This document shows positions 61,401 to 64,000 of a stretch of 64,000 nt of DNA, piece after piece. This DNA comes from Spirochaetia bacterium (lineage in GTDB: Bacteria > Spirochaetota > Spirochaetia > SZUA-6 > Bin103). The notes beneath the pieces are model-generated. The model saw only the letters and a list, made by a program, of their open reading frames with translations, had not been told where the DNA came from and made no database searches. Numbering within the stretch: position 1 is the stretch's first letter; each line of letters starts with the position of its first letter. The position numbers and the translations under genes were made by a program. The DNA lies in assembly GCA_965203515.1 (NCBI GenBank), contig OZ241907.1:2688001-2752000 (forward strand). The letters run 5' to 3'.

Positions 61401-62510
61401 ACAATCAAGGTCCCGAGCAGCGTCTCTTGCGCGAATGAAATGGTGATAAGCAGTGCTTAGGCGGATCATCGCCCTCTGACCCGATGCAAGTGGTAACTTA
61501 GCTCCGTTGGAAGGCAGGCATCGAAATGCAACATTGCGAAGCTCCGGCGGGACGACTTTCATAAGAGTGGTCATCCCCATAAAAAAGTGCAGCGCCGGCG
61601 CTTCCCGTAAATCGCTATCATCGACAATATCAAGACTTGCAAACGCTTCTTCCCAAAGACCTAAGTTAAGTTGACTCTTAAGAAGCAACAGCTTTCCGTC
61701 GTGGTCGAGCTTTGCAGGCGGTATATTCGAGGCATCGAGCCACTCGATGGCACACTGCAACCCGTCGTGACGGGCGACCACCGTGAATCCTGCCGATCGG
61801 GACGCGGGTGTATCGAGATCTCCTAACTTGCTAAGGGCACCTTTCTTGTTGCCCTTACCTGCCAACGTCATCGCACTGGCGATCTTGATTTCTGTGTACG
61901 AACTGAATTCTCTAGCCTCGCCGAGGTATCGCTCGGCATCATCAAGCTTGTCTCCGGCTGACAAAACCATGACACACCACGCAAGTCCGATCATTCTGAC
62001 CCTGTCCGAACCAGTCGAGTAGTCTCCTTTGGTCAACTGATAGGCAAGTGACAGTGCCGTATCGATCCCGTCGGAATCTTCGAAGGCAAGTCTCCTTCTG
62101 CGTCTATTTACGTCCTGTTCGATAATCTCCGTAAGGACTGGTACCGGGATGCGATTGGAATGCACTCTTTTCGCTTCATGCTCTTGCTTCCATCGCTTGA
62201 GTATCTCGGCGGTGTAGATCTCTGGTTGCTTGTCCACTATCGCGTGGTGATGCGCACACAGTAGTATCAGGTTATCGTAGGAATCTCGTTCTTCTTCAGT
62301 AAGGCAAGGGTTGAACCTAGGGCCACCTTTGCTTCTTGCATGTATGTGGCAGATTTGAATGACAACAGCAGCAGCGGATTGCTCGGTTCCCGATACAGTC
62401 GCCGGGTTCTGACACTCGGGGTGCGCACACTGGTCCAAGCTACGAAGGTATAGTAGATTCTTCGTTGACGGTTTCAACGTCCGTCGTTTCCTATTTCGGT
62501 GGTCGGGCAT
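58437..62510 (-). CDS. Large HNH endonuclease + helical (TPR-like) + PIN-like protein
   Basis: CAHPEC..ICHI..GGPR..NLILLCAHHHAIVD; later AVDGTAL, LYLDD, VIDDRF..TTLDV. Confidence 0.75.
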   Translation of the reverse strand: MPDHRNRKRRTLKPSTKNLLYLRSLDQCAHPECQNPATVSGTEQSAAAVVIQICHIHARSKGGPRFNPCLTEEERDSYDNLILLCAHHHAIVDKQPEIYTAEILKRWKQEHEAKRVHSNRIPVPVLTEIIEQDVNRRRRRLAFEDSDGIDTALSLAYQLTKGDYSTGSDRVRMIGLAWCVMVLSAGDKLDDAERYLGEAREFSSYTEIKIASAMTLAGKGNKKGALSKLGDLDTPASRSAGFTVVARHDGLQCAIEWLDASNIPPAKLDHDGKLLLLKSQLNLGLWEEAFASLDIVDDSDLREAPALHFFMGMTTLMKVVPPELRNVAFRCLPSNGAKLPLASGQRAMIRLSTAYHHFIRARDAARDLDCSDAAAEAEEYSLWIGLRHPDLKVRARCRLKQILRNDSSYLRFVPLGLQFGIDLDIQAVERQIKQQIALKGGSTYDTAVARFAIVTAQTTPEAVLDHLSRYRCEIADVIDDRALQKIEIEMLALAGRPHEARERMNELSIDGTLDADIDRLQACIEESQGADPVDIRRHQFEQTDDLVDLIKLVDGLESAKRWSDVCRYGKILFDRTKSIDHAERLAHGFHMTASDDHLSTFLTDNFELVEKSSRLKFLRCVALYNEGRFVESLQDLKKLRDESGDSIQEKSYRTLQIEIGVALGDWKTVTAIVTDEYGRRDERSAEELMRFAEIACGLSLPYGKDIMFAAVEKGRSDPAILMRGFILASTHGWDNHEEVGKWLRDAVSWSDTDGPVWKISLREVKDLSKSWGSRVTEISRLLWSAEIPMFVAAQLMNTSLCGFVLGHAYGNYEERDPRRRSIIPAYSENRQRSTTTGIDGTSTIAVDGTALFTMSLLNMLDKFIDSFSMVYIAHNTLPWLLHEKQMSMFHQRRLVEEARILQRLLATKALEIMSASVVQSSDLCEHVGEELAQMIAEAKGPMEGDERQHLVVRSAPVYRTSSLMEEEVDLVEHSEVLVSCGAVVKTLRTKGVITANEEKSAREYLCLHERSWPDEPGIADRAILYLDDLSITYFLHIRLLDRIHSAGYRVLVSPKSVSDANRLISHQEVLENVDRAIERVRDALHRGLIAGKVSVGKRVINRDMTDESIVRHSTIGVVGLADVCNAMVIDDRFMNRHQNVANTEVLTTLDVIDILVGQGAMSEDDRLDYRASLRRYGYVSISLERDELKQHIAMSTVKGGVVLETAELRAIRENILALRMGHWIHNHDGFLWINSFFKVLKDTLKDLWSGSDELSNVRAWSDWIMSQVDIRGWIHTFDKVKDGGVIAEMYMMTVADLVFSPMTIPVERQDEFHRWLEKHILNPIRDHDRQIFLQMVGYCRKMISKTGNADLKEFPKR

Positions 62511-62829
62511 TTGGCGCTGTCGGGCGATCGCGCCGTGGGCGGACGTGGAAGTCGGTCACTGCCGGCAATCCGTCGCAGGGCATGGTGTCGAGCAGGATCG
62601 CATGGATCACGACTCCCAGCGGGCCAGCTCGCTCTCCGGGAGCGGTTCGAAGAAGCGGTCATCGACGACGATCCGATCCCGCAGCGCGCCGAACCGGCGC
62701 GTGCGCCGCTTACCCTTGAGGCCGACGAGACGCGCCACCGGATCGCCGTTACGAGCGGTAACAACGAAACGGGCGCGAGAACTGCGTCTTGGCCTGATGG
62801 ACGTTCACCGTCACCGCCGGCGATCCGGG

Positions 62830-63677
62830 TTATGGGATCGCGTCCTGCACGCGGGTCAGCAGCTCGTCCTCGGTCTTGCATTCGATGATCCAGTCGCCGA
62901 CCTGCAACAGGCTCTCCAGGTCGGTCAGACGCTCCAACAGGACGGACAACCGCGGAGCTGTTTCCGGCGTGAACTTCCGCGCCGCCTGCCGGCACAACAG
63001 CCTTCGTTCTTCGCCGCGGCCCTGCTCGATACCCTGCTCGATACCCTGCTCGCGGCCTTCCGCGACCCACCTGGCTACCAACTCCTGCAACATCGGCCCT
63101 ACCTCCTCCGATCTCGGCAACGATTCCAGCACCCTGCCTTTCATCTTGCGCGGCACCAGCACCTGATTCACCCATTCCCGGTACACTTGCGTCAACTCCG
63201 GGGTCTCCAACTCCCGCAGCCGCTCGAACAGCGCTGCCAGCAACTCCGGCACCCGCTCATCCGCGCGATTGGTCTCCAACGCGATCAGCGCCGACACCAG
63301 GTTGCGACCCGGCAGATCGTCCGCCGCCAGCCGCCCCTGGTCAAGCAGATAGTAGCGCAGCGACGGCTGATACCGCGCCAGCGCCTCCCCGCCGAACGCG
63401 ATCAGTTCCGCCACGTCCTCGGCCGCCGTCCACGGCTGGCTCCCGTTGTAGATCACGATCGGCAGCACCGGCGGCAGCTTGCCATGTTCGCGCAGCACGC
63501 CGTCGTCGATCAGCTTCTCGTACAGCATGCCGGTGTAGGTCAGCATCCGCATTGCCATGGCCGGCTCGATGGTGGACTGGAACTCCAGCAGCACCAGTCG
63601 CGGGCGGCGAAGCCGCGCAGCAGGTCCTGAACCGTGTGCGGCTGCGCGAACAACCGCTTGTAGCCGGCATCGTGCAT
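62830..63677 (-). pseudogene. Rpn-family gene with internal deletion/frameshift; internal small ORF 62830-63093 intact
   Basis: MHDAGYKRLF..FAARDW jumps out of frame to LLEFQS near 63595. Confidence 0.8.
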
Positions 63678-63722
63678 GGTGAAGTGACGATCATACCACA
63701 CCGACCGTGGCCGTGATCGGGC

Positions 63723-64000
63723 TCATCGCAGTACTTCGCCGTTCCAGAGTCGCTTCAGAATCTCGAAGTAGTTCCGGACCGTGGACCGGCTCACCGCGGC
63801 ATCGCGGGAGATGGAGGAGACATTGGTCACCTGTCCGTTCTGCCGGGCCGCAATCTCCAGGAAGCGGTTGAAGCTGCCGACGCTCCGCGTCAACGCCTCG
63901 GCGCGGATCTCTTCCTGCAGATAGGTCTCGGCATAGGCGCTCAGGTAGGCGGCCGGATCGTCGCCAGTGACCGCAAGCGGCAGGGCACCGTGGCGGAGCG
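63723..64000 (-). pseudogene. AAA_14/DUF4143-type ATPase fragment, prematurely ending
   Basis: GALP..YLSAYAETYLQEEIRAE..FNRFLE..NGQ..ISRDAAVSRSTVRNYFEIL then stop. Confidence 0.7.

Noticed and set aside
62520..62820. Possible small toxin gene remnant between HNH gene and Rpn
   Set aside because: No clean ORF or convincing motif.

Overview
High-GC bacterial DNA. The gene content (ankyrin, YWTD and collagen-like proteins; expanded Uma2, Rpn and DUF4143 families) suggests a host-associated symbiont, but this is inference. The window has five zones. (1) 1-2.6 kb: housekeeping genes (2-hydroxyacid dehydrogenase, rpmB-rpmE2, SelA-like PLP enzyme). (2) 2.8-22.9 kb: a ~20-kb minus-strand mosaic built from a few re-used modules. 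These are six full copies plus one fragment of a variable-length KRF-repeat coiled-coil membrane gene, Uma2 nucleases, a conserved ~85-nt palindromic spacer, a terminator+RBS leader, a re-used promoter and IS21/ISL3 ends. They are interleaved with conflict-type cargo (ABC-ATPase+TOPRIM, FRG+ankyrin, NYN, paralogous UDG-like proteins) and headed by a lipoprotein gene. (3) 23.7-27.9 kb: a tandem Rpn (Transposase_31) array with internal RBS-driven small C-terminal ORFs. (4) 28-38.6 kb: core-like genes (ankyrin, thioesterase, MoxR-DUF58-transglutaminase-PQQ lipoprotein, YWTD lipoprotein). (5) 38.6-64 kb: a defence island. It holds ATPase-TOPRIM(frameshifted)-DUF262 on +. On - it holds an HNH/TPR/PIN-like giant plus partner, then a DUF1156 methylase / PLD-SNF2 / DUF499 restriction-like (BREX-related) operon extended by a translationally coupled small protein-PIN nuclease-ATPase module. 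No rRNA, tRNA or CRISPR array was recognised. All family calls come from motif recognition by eye, not database searches.
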